A stretch of 64,000 nt of DNA, taken from the NCBI GenBank assembly GCA_965232515.1, contig CBDDPY010000002.1, forward strand, positions 3,324,532-3,388,531, written 5' to 3'. The notes under the pieces are model-generated. The model worked only from the letters and a program-made list of their open reading frames with translations, had not been told where the DNA came from and did no database searches. The position numbers and the translations under genes are program-made. Source of the stretch: Alphaproteobacteria bacterium (GTDB lineage: Bacteria; Pseudomonadota; Alphaproteobacteria; GCA-2731375). Of this stretch, positions 47,801-56,130 are shown one piece after another (the stretch's first letter is position 1; each line of letters begins with the position of its first letter).

Positions 47801-47984
47801 CAACCAGATCGGCGCGGTGGTCGGCGTGCAGCCGTTCGGCGGCGAAGGCCTGTCCGGCACCGGCCCCAAGGCCGGCGGTCCACGTTATCTGCACCGCTTC
47901 GCGACCGAGCGCACGCTGTCCATCGACACCACGGCGCAGGGCGGCAATGCCGCCTTAATGTCACTGGACGACAGCGGCGACTGA
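44820..47984 (+). CDS. putA: bifunctional proline dehydrogenase / L-glutamate-gamma-semialdehyde dehydrogenase PutA
   Basis: About 1050 aa with a PRODH TIM barrel and a C-terminal ALDH domain (FTGSTETA ... catalytic Cys region). Alternative start at 44835. Confidence 0.9.
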   Translation: MPGWGMIFAHEPPAETPPRAAISALYRKDETACLQALLAELDLADEQLAGIDARARSLVAEVRRRRIGEGGIDAFMHEYDLDSREGVVLMCLAEALLRIPDAETADRLIRDKLADADWDAHLGRSESLFVNASTWALMLTGRVIRLGSLREDDLGALLRRLVARSGEPVIRQAVVQAMRILGRQFVLGRTIAEALKRADEAETNGYRHSYDMLGEAAKTAADAERYARAYESAIAAIGRHANGRGPIDGPGISVKLSALHPRYELAQMSRVTDELRPRLLALAVAAKDAGIGFTVDAEEADRLDPSLDLFDALATDPALAGWDGLGLAVQAYQKRAPAVIDWLADLARRGKRRLMVRLVKGAYWDTEIKRSQEGGFAGYPVFTRKLNTDVSYLACAKRLLADEQAFYPQFATHNAHTLAAVVEMAGNRRDFEFQRLHGMGDALYAQVVGGGLGVDCRIYAPVGSHEDLLAYLVRRLLENGANTSFVNRIVDEKAPIDDIVADPIAKARALDAAPHPRIPLPSRIFGDERRNSVGLDLSDITVLRPLASEINAAVDGNWMAAPLVAGETQPGQVADVTDPSDRRRIVGAVVDATAEDAAAAMSAAAAAAPAWDATPADTRAACLDRMADILERDMARFMAMAVREAGKTLPDAVAEVREAIDFCRYYAARARADFAAPLALPGPTGERNEIALHGRGVFVCISPWNFPLAIFCGQVTAALAAGNAVIAKPAEQTPLIAHAAVSALYEAGVPAEALQLLPGPGEVVGAALIADPRLAGVAFTGSTETAAIINRTLAARDGPIVPLIAETGGQNAMLVDSSALPEQVVTDTVASAFQSAGQRCSALRVLFLQDDVADKTIDMLAGAMDELSVGDPALLRTDVGPVIDNDARQMLEDHAARMDREATLIRQVEMGEETAHGTFVAPRAYEIDSLDWLHGEVFGPVLHIVRYQQSHLEAVIDAINGTGFGLTLGIHSRIDATVEYIHARLRVGNTYVNRNQIGAVVGVQPFGGEGLSGTGPKAGGPRYLHRFATERTLSIDTTAQGGNAALMSLDDSGD

Positions 47985-48009
47985 CCGCTAGACCGGCCCG
48001 CATCAGCCG

Positions 48010-49020
48010 ATGCGGACCCTTCCTATCAAGCCATTGTTTCGGGCGGGATGTTTGACCCTGCTGCTGCTCGCCGTATGGTCGCCGTCCCGGGCCCAGACCG
48101 TGCCGGCGCTGCCGCCGGCGGCCGTCGAGCTGATCGCTCGTGCTGCCGACCGCGGCGACGCCAACGCCATCGTCAACGTCGTCGCTGGCGCTATTGCCGC
48201 CAACCCGGCAGCGACCGACGCCATCGTCCGGCAGGCCGTCGAGATCGCGCCGCAATACCGCGACCGCATCGTCGCCGGCGCCAGCGCCGCGTTTCCGGGC
48301 TTTGCCACGACGATTGCCGATGCCGCGACGACGGCAGCCCCGACCGCGCCTGCCACGGTCGCGGAGCCAGAGGTGCCATGGCCGCTATCGGGCGAGATCG
48401 CGCTGGGTGGCAGCAAGAACACCGGCAACACTGAGAGCGAAGAGCTGAACGTCGCCATCAAGACGCTCTATGAAAGCGGCAAGCTGGAGACCGAGGGCAA
48501 GCTCGACTTCGACGTCCGGCGGGAGGACGAGAACACGACGAAGCAACGTCTCGTCGTCGACCTCCAGCCGCGCTACGCCTTAAGTGAGCGTTGGTACGCC
48601 TTCGGCTTCTTCGAATATCGCGACGACCGCTTCAGCGGTTTCGAGTACGAGTTTATCGAAAGCGCCGGTCTGGGCTATCGCGTGTTCGACAGCGAACGCC
48701 TGAGCTGGGCCCTCGAGGCCGGTCCCGGCGCGCGTCAAAGCAAGGTCGAGGATACCGGCGACGTCGACGACCAATTGCTGTTCCGCGCGGCCTCGCGCTT
48801 CGCCTGGCAGATTTCGGAAACGGCCAAGTTCAGCAACGATACCGAATTCATCGTCGACAGCGAGCGCCGGCGCACCGAAAACGAGACGGCGCTCAGCACA
48901 AAAATCATCGGCGATCTCTCGGGGCGGTTGTCGTTCGAAATCCGGCACAATTCCAATCCGCCGGATGATAACGAAAGCACCGATACACAGACGAAGATAT
49001 CGCTCGTCTACGGATTTTGA
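48010..49020 (+). CDS. DUF481-family outer-membrane beta-barrel protein (YdiY-like)
   Basis: Signal peptide, an Ala-rich linker, a C-terminal about 230-aa beta-barrel repeat and a terminal F. Confidence 0.65.
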   Translation: MRTLPIKPLFRAGCLTLLLLAVWSPSRAQTVPALPPAAVELIARAADRGDANAIVNVVAGAIAANPAATDAIVRQAVEIAPQYRDRIVAGASAAFPGFATTIADAATTAAPTAPATVAEPEVPWPLSGEIALGGSKNTGNTESEELNVAIKTLYESGKLETEGKLDFDVRREDENTTKQRLVVDLQPRYALSERWYAFGFFEYRDDRFSGFEYEFIESAGLGYRVFDSERLSWALEAGPGARQSKVEDTGDVDDQLLFRAASRFAWQISETAKFSNDTEFIVDSERRRTENETALSTKIIGDLSGRLSFEIRHNSNPPDDNESTDTQTKISLVYGF

Positions 49021-49071
49021 GGCCGAAGGCGAAGGGGCGCAGCGAAACGGCCGCGCCCCCGCCAGATTTGA

Positions 49072-51264
49072 TCAGGCCTGACCCAGATCGTGCTGCGACA
49101 GCGGCAGCGACCGGATACGCTGCCCGGTGGCGTTGAAGATGGCGTTCGCCACCGCCGGACCGACGGGCGGCGTGCCCGGCTCGCCGACGCCCGTCGGCGC
49201 CGCTGTCGACGGCACGATATGCACCTCGACCTTCGGCATCTCGTCGATGCGCAGCGGCAGGTAGTCGTGGAAGTTCGACTGCTCCACGAGACCGCCGTCG
49301 AGCGTGACCGCCTCCTGCAGAATGGCGCTCAGGCCATAGCCGATGCCGCCCTCCATCTGCGCCCGAACAACGTCCGGATTTACCGGCACGCCGCAGTCGA
49401 CGGCGCAAACCACGCGCTCGACCTTGACCGTGCCATCGTCGCGGACGCTGACCTCGGCAACCTCGGCAACAAACGAGTTGAAGGACTCGTGCACGGCAAT
49501 ACCGCGCCCTCTGCCCTGCGGCAGCGGCGAGCCCCACCCGGCCTTTTCGGCCGCCAGCTCCATCACGGCCAGGTGCCGCGGATGCTGCTGCAACATGCCG
49601 CGCCGGAACTCGAGCGGGTCTTTGCCTGCTGCCTCGGCCAACTCGTCGATGAAAGCTTCGGTCGAGTAGGCGGTGTGTGTGCTGCCGACGGCGCGCCACC
49701 ACAGCACCGGGACCGTCACATCGGTCGTGTGCACATCAACTGTGATGTTGGGGACCTCATAGGGAAGATTGTTCGCTCCCTCGACCGAGGTCTGGTCGAT
49801 GCCGTTCTTGACCAGCGCGCCCTCGAACGGCGTGCCTTTCAGGATCGACTGGCCGACGATCCGGTGCTGCCAGCCGACGAGCTTGCCGTCGGCGTCCAGG
49901 CCCGCCTGCAGCGTGTGGTAGTACATCGGCCGGTAGCGGCCGCCCTGGATGTCGTCCTCCCGGGTCCAGACGACCTTCACCGGCGCCCGACCGTTGATCG
50001 CCTTGGCGATGGAGACGGCCTCGCTGACCATGTCCGCGTCCGGCGTCGCCCGCCGGCCGAAACTGCCGCCGGCCAGCATGGTGTGCACCTTGACCTGCTC
50101 CGGCTTCAGCCCGGCGATGCCAGCGGCCGTCATGTGGTCGATGGTCTGCAATTGCGAGCCGGTCCAGATCTCGCACGAGTCAGGGCCGAGCTGCACCACG
50201 CAATCGAGCGGCTCCATCGGCGCGTGCGCCAGGAACGGGAACTCATAGGCCGCTTCCAGCACCTGCGCCGCGCTCGCCATCGCCGCGTCGACATCGCCGT
50301 CCTGACGGGCGATGTCCCCCGGCTTGCCGGCGATTTGCTTGTATTCGGCCATCATCTCGGCGCTGCCGCGGCGCTCGGCGGCGCTGTCGTCCCAGGTGAT
50401 CTCCAGCGCGTCCCGACCGGTCTTGGCGGCCCAGAAGCCCTTCGCCAGCACCGCGACGCCGCGCGGGATTTCGACCACGTCCATCACGCCCTTGACGGCC
50501 TTCGCCGCCTCCGCGTTGACCGAGACCGCCTTACCGCCGAACCGCGTCGGGCGCGCGATAACGGCCGTCAGCATGCCGGGCAGCGTCATGTCGATGGTGT
50601 ACTGCGCCGCGCCCCGCGTCTTGTCAGGGGAGTCGACGCGCGGCACGTCTTTGCCGATCAGCTTGAAATCGGCCGGATCCTTCAGCACGACCTCAACCGG
50701 CGGCTCGAGCTTCGCCGCCGCGTCGGCCATCTCGCCGAACGTCGTCTCCTGACCGGTGGCCGCGTGGCGAATCACGCCGCTCTCGACCGAAATCTCGCTC
50801 GGCGGCACACCCCAATGATTGGATGCCGCGGCGACCAGCATGGCCCGCGCGCCGGCGCCGGCCTGCCGCATCTGCGCATATGAGTTGGCGATGCTCGAAC
50901 TGCCGCCGGTGCCCTGGTAGGGACCCCAATGCAGATTGTTGTAGAGCGTCGGGTCCGACGGCGAGGATTCGACGCGGATCTGCGCCCAGTCGGCATCGAG
51001 CTCTTCCGCCACGAGAGTCGCCAGGCCGGTGTAAACGCCCTGGCCGAACTCGATGTGCTTGGACAGCACGGTGACCGTGTTGTCTGGTGCGATGCGCACG
51101 AAGGTATTCGGCACGATCTTGCCGCCGGCCGGGGCCGGCGCCGCCGCCTTCGCGGCGCGGGTCGGCAGCTGCAGGCCGATGACGAGACCGGCGCCGGCCA
51201 TGGCGCTGGCCTTCAGGAAATGCCGACGGGTCGGCTGCAGGCTATGTTTCAAGTTGCCCAGCAT
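49072..51264 (-). CDS. xanthine-dehydrogenase-family molybdopterin subunit (isoquinoline 1-oxidoreductase beta / aldehyde oxidase large subunit-like), Tat-exported
   Basis: Twin-arginine signal [15 protein letters not shown]. Aldehyde oxidase/xanthine dehydrogenase a/b hammerhead and MoCo-binding domains. 730 aa. Confidence 0.9.
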   Translation of the reverse strand: MLGNLKHSLQPTRRHFLKASAMAGAGLVIGLQLPTRAAKAAAPAPAGGKIVPNTFVRIAPDNTVTVLSKHIEFGQGVYTGLATLVAEELDADWAQIRVESSPSDPTLYNNLHWGPYQGTGGSSSIANSYAQMRQAGAGARAMLVAAASNHWGVPPSEISVESGVIRHAATGQETTFGEMADAAAKLEPPVEVVLKDPADFKLIGKDVPRVDSPDKTRGAAQYTIDMTLPGMLTAVIARPTRFGGKAVSVNAEAAKAVKGVMDVVEIPRGVAVLAKGFWAAKTGRDALEITWDDSAAERRGSAEMMAEYKQIAGKPGDIARQDGDVDAAMASAAQVLEAAYEFPFLAHAPMEPLDCVVQLGPDSCEIWTGSQLQTIDHMTAAGIAGLKPEQVKVHTMLAGGSFGRRATPDADMVSEAVSIAKAINGRAPVKVVWTREDDIQGGRYRPMYYHTLQAGLDADGKLVGWQHRIVGQSILKGTPFEGALVKNGIDQTSVEGANNLPYEVPNITVDVHTTDVTVPVLWWRAVGSTHTAYSTEAFIDELAEAAGKDPLEFRRGMLQQHPRHLAVMELAAEKAGWGSPLPQGRGRGIAVHESFNSFVAEVAEVSVRDDGTVKVERVVCAVDCGVPVNPDVVRAQMEGGIGYGLSAILQEAVTLDGGLVEQSNFHDYLPLRIDEMPKVEVHIVPSTAAPTGVGEPGTPPVGPAVANAIFNATGQRIRSLPLSQHDLGQA

Positions 51265-51268
51265 CGGA

Positions 51269-51727
51269 TCAGGCCTCCATCAGCTTGGCCGCTTCGTGGA
51301 TCGCGGCGCGGATGCGGACATAGGTGGCGCAACGGCAGACATTGCCGCTCATGGCGGCGTCGATGTCCGCGTCGTTCGGCTTCGGGTTCTCGGCCAACAG
51401 GGCCACGGCCGACATCACCTGGCCCGACTGGCAATAGCCGCACTGCACAACATCGAGCTTTTCCCAGGCGGTCTGCACCGCCGTCGCCGCCTTGCCGGCC
51501 ACGGCCTCGATAGTGACGATTTCGGCACCCTCGAGATCGGCGGCGGCGATCGAGCACGACCGCGTCGGCACGCCATCGACATGGACCGTGCAGGCGCCGC
51601 ACAGCGCCATGCCGCAGCCGAACTTGGTGCCGGTCAGACCCAGCTCGTCGCGAATTACCCACAAGAGCGGCGTGTCCGGCTCGGCCTCGACCTGCCGCAC
51701 CTCGCCGTTGAGGTTGAGTGTGATCAT
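51269..51727 (-). CDS. (2Fe-2S)-binding subunit (IorA-like small subunit)
   Basis: Plant-type and second [2Fe-2S] Cys motifs (CGMALCGAC...C, CGYCQSG...CRC). AGGAG Shine-Dalgarno before the ATG at 51727; ORF-track start is 51811. Confidence 0.9.
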   Translation of the reverse strand: MITLNLNGEVRQVEAEPDTPLLWVIRDELGLTGTKFGCGMALCGACTVHVDGVPTRSCSIAAADLEGAEIVTIEAVAGKAATAVQTAWEKLDVVQCGYCQSGQVMSAVALLAENPKPNDADIDAAMSGNVCRCATYVRIRAAIHEAAKLMEA

Positions 51728-51954
51728 GAATTGGCTCCTGCCATGCACGTGTGACGGGACGGCGGGGGCCGACATAAAAAAGCCGGACGTCAACGAGTGC
51801 ATGATCGTCAAGGATCAGGCGACGTCCGGTTCGGTAACCCCCACATTTCTACGTTCCCGACCTTGTAGGTAGAGCGGCCGGCCAGCCGATCAAGCTATAT
51901 CGGAACGGCACAGAACAATTCCCGTCGCCATGCCTGGGCAGGACGAAGGCGCGA

Positions 51955-53115
51955 ATGCTAGTCTGCCCGCCAACCAATTCAACCGAAGCAGTACAGATGA
52001 CCGACAGAGATCCCGACGCCATCCAGCAAGCTTGTCGACACGCCCTGTCCTATCGCCACGCGCAAACGGCGCGCCAACAGCTGAACGAGTTGGCCGATTA
52101 TGTCGACGCCGAGGCAAAACCGGACTCCAGCGGCACGGGCGCGTTAATCGAGGATCTGGAGGCCCGCATCGCGACCTTGCTCGGCAAGCCGGCGGCCGTA
52201 TTCATGCCGAGCGGCAAGACGGCGCAGCTGATCACGCTCCGGCTCTGGTGCGAGCGCGCCGGCACACCGACCATCGCCGTCCATACGCGCAGCCACATCG
52301 AGGAGGACGAGGCCCGGTCGTACCAGTTCCTGCACGGCCTGAAGTCGATGGCTCTCGGTCACCCTAACCGGCCGCCGGCGCCGGCCGATGTCGACGGCCT
52401 GGCCGGTCCCATCGGCGCCGCCGTCGTCGAGCTGCCGATCCGCAACCTCGGCTGGCGGCTGCCGTCGTGGGACGACCTGGTGACGATCTCGGAAAAGCTG
52501 CGCGGGCGCGGCATCGCCTTCCACGCCGACGCGGCGCGGATCTGGGAGATCCAGCCCTACTACGACCGGCCGCATGCCGAAATCGCCGCGTTGTTCGATT
52601 CAGCCTACGTGTCGTTCTACAAGGGCTTGAACGGTCCGGTCGGCGCGGCCATTGCCGGTCCGGACGATCTGATCGCCGAAGCGCGACTCTGGCAGCAGCG
52701 CGCGGGCGCGCGGCTGAGCACGCTGTTTCCCTATGTCATCGCGGCGAAACGCGGGCTGGACGAAAAGCTGCCGCTGATGCCGACCTACTTCGCCAAGGCG
52801 CGGGCGATCGCCGATGCGCTGCGGCCGCTGCCGGGTGTCCGGGTCACGCCGGACCCGCCGCAATGCAACTCGTTTCAGATCGTGCTCGAAGGCGATGAAT
52901 CACAGCTCGACGAGGCGCGCCTGGACGTCGCCGAGGCCACGGGGATCTGGCCGTTCCGCCGCGCCGTCCCCTCACCCATCGAAGGTCTCGCCGTGTTCGA
53001 GGTGGTGATCCTCGACGCCGCGCTGGAGCTGTCGGACGGCGAGATCGCCGGCTGCATCCAGCTATTGGCGGAACGGCTGCACGCCCGCGGCGCCGGGCTC
53101 ACCGGCGCCGCCTGA
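51955..53115 (+). CDS. PLP-dependent threonine-aldolase-like / beta-eliminating-lyase-fold enzyme
   Basis: PLP-lysine context SFYKGLNGPVGA and overall LtaE-like length and fold. N-terminus atypical; alternative start at 51997. Confidence 0.55.
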   Translation: MLVCPPTNSTEAVQMTDRDPDAIQQACRHALSYRHAQTARQQLNELADYVDAEAKPDSSGTGALIEDLEARIATLLGKPAAVFMPSGKTAQLITLRLWCERAGTPTIAVHTRSHIEEDEARSYQFLHGLKSMALGHPNRPPAPADVDGLAGPIGAAVVELPIRNLGWRLPSWDDLVTISEKLRGRGIAFHADAARIWEIQPYYDRPHAEIAALFDSAYVSFYKGLNGPVGAAIAGPDDLIAEARLWQQRAGARLSTLFPYVIAAKRGLDEKLPLMPTYFAKARAIADALRPLPGVRVTPDPPQCNSFQIVLEGDESQLDEARLDVAEATGIWPFRRAVPSPIEGLAVFEVVILDAALELSDGEIAGCIQLLAERLHARGAGLTGAA

Positions 53116-53125
53116 ACAATCCGGG

Positions 53126-53611
53126 TCAGTCGCGGAAGTTCACGTACTGCAGCGGCAGCTCGTTCTTCATGCCCTTGACCAGCTCGATGGCCGATTGCAG
53201 ATCATCGCGCTTCTTGCCGGTGACGCGCAGCTCGTCGCCCTGAATCGCCACCTGCACCTTCAGCTTGCTGCCTTTGACTTCCTTGACGATCTTCTTCGAT
53301 AGCTCGCGGTCGACGCCCTGGCGGACCTTCACGACCTGGCGCATGGACTGACCGGCCGCGTTCTCGGCCGTCTGGTAGTCGAGCACCCCGGCCTCGATGT
53401 CGCGGCGGGTCAGATGGCCCTGCAATAGCTCGCGCATCTGCCGCAGCTTCAGCTCGTCATCGGCCAGGATCGTCAGCGTCTCGTCCTTGCGCTCGATGCT
53501 GCATTTGCTGTTCTTGAAGTCGAAGCGCTGCTCGATCTCGCGGCGCATGTTGTTGAGCGCGTTATCGACCTCGGACAGGTCGGCGCGGGAAACGATGTCG
53601 AAGGACGGCAT
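53126..53611 (-). CDS. yajQ: YajQ-family (UPF0234) nucleotide / cyclic-di-GMP-binding protein
   Basis: 161 aa from the ATG at 53611, starting MPSFDIVS...; ORF-track start is 53671. Canonical YajQ sequence throughout. Confidence 0.8.
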   Translation of the reverse strand: MPSFDIVSRADLSEVDNALNNMRREIEQRFDFKNSKCSIERKDETLTILADDELKLRQMRELLQGHLTRRDIEAGVLDYQTAENAAGQSMRQVVKVRQGVDRELSKKIVKEVKGSKLKVQVAIQGDELRVTGKKRDDLQSAIELVKGMKNELPLQYVNFRD

Positions 53612-53675
53612 GTGATCAATCCGTGACAGTGGATGTTGCCCCGGCTTAGCCGGCGCGGGCGGGAAAGACAAGGGC

Positions 53676-54836
53676 CTAGTCGGCAGGCCGCACGCGGCTG
53701 GGCAAACGCTGGTCGAAGGCCATCAGCACCTCGTGCGCCCGCGCGCCCTGCCAGGCGCCGACCTCCTCGAGACTGATCGATTCGCCGCCCTGCTCGCCCA
53801 TGACGATGATCTCTTCGCCGAGTTCCGGCGCGTCGATGCCGGTCAGGTCGAGCTTGGTGTATTCCAGCGACACGCCGGTCACCGGCGCGCGCCGGCCGCG
53901 CAACAACATGGCCGCCGGCGCGCCTGGCAACGGGTTGCGATAGCCCTGGTAGAGGCCGATCGGCACCACGCCCACCGTCTTGTCCGGCCGGCCGGCGGGA
54001 TGGCCGACATGGATCAGCCGGGTCCCGATCTCGCGCAGGACCGGCCGGAAGCCCGACATGTCGCCGACGCCGGGAGCCACCGACGAGACGCCGTAGAGCA
54101 GGTGCCCGGGACAGATCGCGTTCGCCGTCGAGGTGATGCCGGCGAGCAGGCTGGAGCTGGCGATGGCCTGGGTCACCGGCACCTCGAGGCCGGCGGCGGC
54201 GAGTTCGGCGAGCAATGCGTCGAAGGCGGCAATGCGTTGGCGCGACCGCTCGGCGTCATCGGCCTCAAAGAATGAGGCGTGCGTGTAGACGCCTTCGACC
54301 GCGATGTTCGGCAGGCCGGCGATGTCGAGGATGAAGGCCCTGGCATGTTCGACCGGCACGCCGAGCCGACCCATGCCGGTATCGACCTTCACATAGACGG
54401 GCGTCGGCATGGTGGCCGCGGCCGAGACCGCCTGCGCCAAATCCATGTTGTAGACGGTCGGGATCAGGCCATGGCGCAGCAGGTCCGGCATCGCCGCCGG
54501 CAGCGGCCCGCCGAACATCAGCAAGCGCGTCTCGATGCCGGCCTGGCGCACGGCGAGCGCGTCGGCGACCGACGCGGTGGCCAACGCGTAAACGCCGAGG
54601 TCGCCGAGCGTGCGGGCCACGTCGATGGCGCTGTTGCCGTAGGCGTTCGCCTTGATCGCGGCGATGACCTTGCCGTCAGGGCCGAAGCGGCGGCGGATCT
54701 CGGCGTAGTTGCCGGCGAGCGCGCCCAGGTCCAGTTCCATCCAGACGGGGTGCGCGGGCGCGTCGGGTTCCAGCATCGGCATGGCCTCGTTTGCGGCGTC
54801 GCCCACTATATGCCACCGTTCGGGCGTCAGGGTCAC
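53676..54836 (-). CDS. alr: alanine racemase
   Basis: PLP-lysine motif AAIKANAYGN. N-terminal barrel plus C-terminal beta domain. 386 aa. Confidence 0.85.
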   Translation of the reverse strand: MTLTPERWHIVGDAANEAMPMLEPDAPAHPVWMELDLGALAGNYAEIRRRFGPDGKVIAAIKANAYGNSAIDVARTLGDLGVYALATASVADALAVRQAGIETRLLMFGGPLPAAMPDLLRHGLIPTVYNMDLAQAVSAAATMPTPVYVKVDTGMGRLGVPVEHARAFILDIAGLPNIAVEGVYTHASFFEADDAERSRQRIAAFDALLAELAAAGLEVPVTQAIASSSLLAGITSTANAICPGHLLYGVSSVAPGVGDMSGFRPVLREIGTRLIHVGHPAGRPDKTVGVVPIGLYQGYRNPLPGAPAAMLLRGRRAPVTGVSLEYTKLDLTGIDAPELGEEIIVMGEQGGESISLEEVGAWQGARAHEVLMAFDQRLPSRVRPAD

Positions 54837-54850
54837 GTGGGGAGGCGGTG

Positions 54851-55939
54851 ATGGAATTCGCGCTGTTCAACGTCCTGCAGCAGCGGGCGCGCGACAAGAG
54901 CTCGGGCCAGGTGCTGGCGGAGGCGGTCGAGCATACGCGGATCGCGGAACAGCTCGGCTTCGCCGCGGCCTGGTTCGCCGAACATCACTTTTCGAACTAC
55001 AGCCTTTGCCCCTCGCCCCTGATGATGCTGGCGCACTGCGCCGGGGTGACGGAACGCATCCGGCTCGGCTCGGCGGTGATCGTGCCGCCGCTCTACATGC
55101 CGGCGCGCCTGCTGGGTGAGATCGCCATGGTCGACGCGCTGAGCGGCGGCCGCCTCGACCTCGGCGTCGGCAGCGGCTATCAGGCCTACGAGTTCGAGCG
55201 TTTCGGCGTCGACCTCGCCGACAACAAGGCGATGACGCACGAGATGCTGGACATCATCGAGCAGGGCCTGGCTCAGCCGCATTTCAGCTATCAGGGCAGG
55301 CACTACCAGCAGCAGCAGACGGCGATCAACGTGCGGCCGGTGCAAGAGCCGCACCCGCCGATCTGGATCGCCGGCAACGACCCGGAGTTCCACCGCCGCG
55401 CCGCGGTCAAGGGCTACACGCCGTTCATCTCGGGCGTGCTCGGCAGCGGCCGCCGGCTGGGCCGGCTGCGGGAACAGGTGGCGGAAGCTTTTGCGGCCGA
55501 GGGCCGCGATCCCGAGACCATGCCGTTGGGCGTGCTGCGCTTCTGCCACGTGACGCACGACCGCAAGGACGCCGAGGCGTATGCGGAATCCGCCCGCTAC
55601 CAGCAGCGCATCGCCGTGTCCCTGCGCACCCGACGCGAGACCGTGGTCGACGACTACTGGATCGCCGAGGAGCCGTTCGACGAGGAGCTGCCGCTGGAGA
55701 AGATCGAGGCGAACCTGCCGCTGGGCGCGCCCGAGACCGTGGCCGAGCGCCTGGTCGAGGAGATCCGGCTCTACCGGCCGACGCAGATGGCGATCTACTT
55801 CCAGGTCGGCGACGTCGACAGCGCCAAGGCAATCCGCTCGATGGAGCTGCTGGCCTCAGACGTGATCCCGGCCATCGAAAAGGCCTTCGGCCAGCCGCTG
55901 GCCGAGATCAACAGCCCGGTCCCGGCCGCGGCCGAGTGA
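54851..55939 (+). CDS. LLM-class flavin-dependent oxidoreductase (luciferase-like monooxygenase)
   Basis: Bacterial luciferase-like TIM-barrel signature. GGAGG Shine-Dalgarno 5 nt before the ATG at 54851. Confidence 0.85.
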   Translation: MEFALFNVLQQRARDKSSGQVLAEAVEHTRIAEQLGFAAAWFAEHHFSNYSLCPSPLMMLAHCAGVTERIRLGSAVIVPPLYMPARLLGEIAMVDALSGGRLDLGVGSGYQAYEFERFGVDLADNKAMTHEMLDIIEQGLAQPHFSYQGRHYQQQQTAINVRPVQEPHPPIWIAGNDPEFHRRAAVKGYTPFISGVLGSGRRLGRLREQVAEAFAAEGRDPETMPLGVLRFCHVTHDRKDAEAYAESARYQQRIAVSLRTRRETVVDDYWIAEEPFDEELPLEKIEANLPLGAPETVAERLVEEIRLYRPTQMAIYFQVGDVDSAKAIRSMELLASDVIPAIEKAFGQPLAEINSPVPAAAE

Positions 55940-55945
55940 GCCACC

Positions 55946-55959
55946 GGGGGGGGGGGGGG
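55946..55959. repeat. G14 homopolymeric tract in a convergent intergenic region
   Basis: 14 consecutive G directly after the LLM stop codon and downstream of the giant repeat-protein gene. Unusual even for high-GC DNA. Confidence 0.9.
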
Positions 55960-56130
55960 TCGCGCGGCGGAGATCGCGGAACAACCCCATGCACAGGAAC
56001 CGTCAAGCGAAATAAACGGCGGAAATCCGGGTCGTTTCGATTGTTCCGAAAATGTCGAAATGATGTGGTTTGGTGGGACCCCGCGCGGCGGACGTTTGTC
56101 GCGGCGGCGAACGCCGGTGAGGGCCGCGGG

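Noticed and set aside
47990-48015. Hairpin CCGCATC-AGCC-GATGCGG after putA as an intrinsic terminator
   Set aside because: It is not followed by a T-tract and it overlaps the start codon of the next gene. More likely a translational or structural element, or coincidental.
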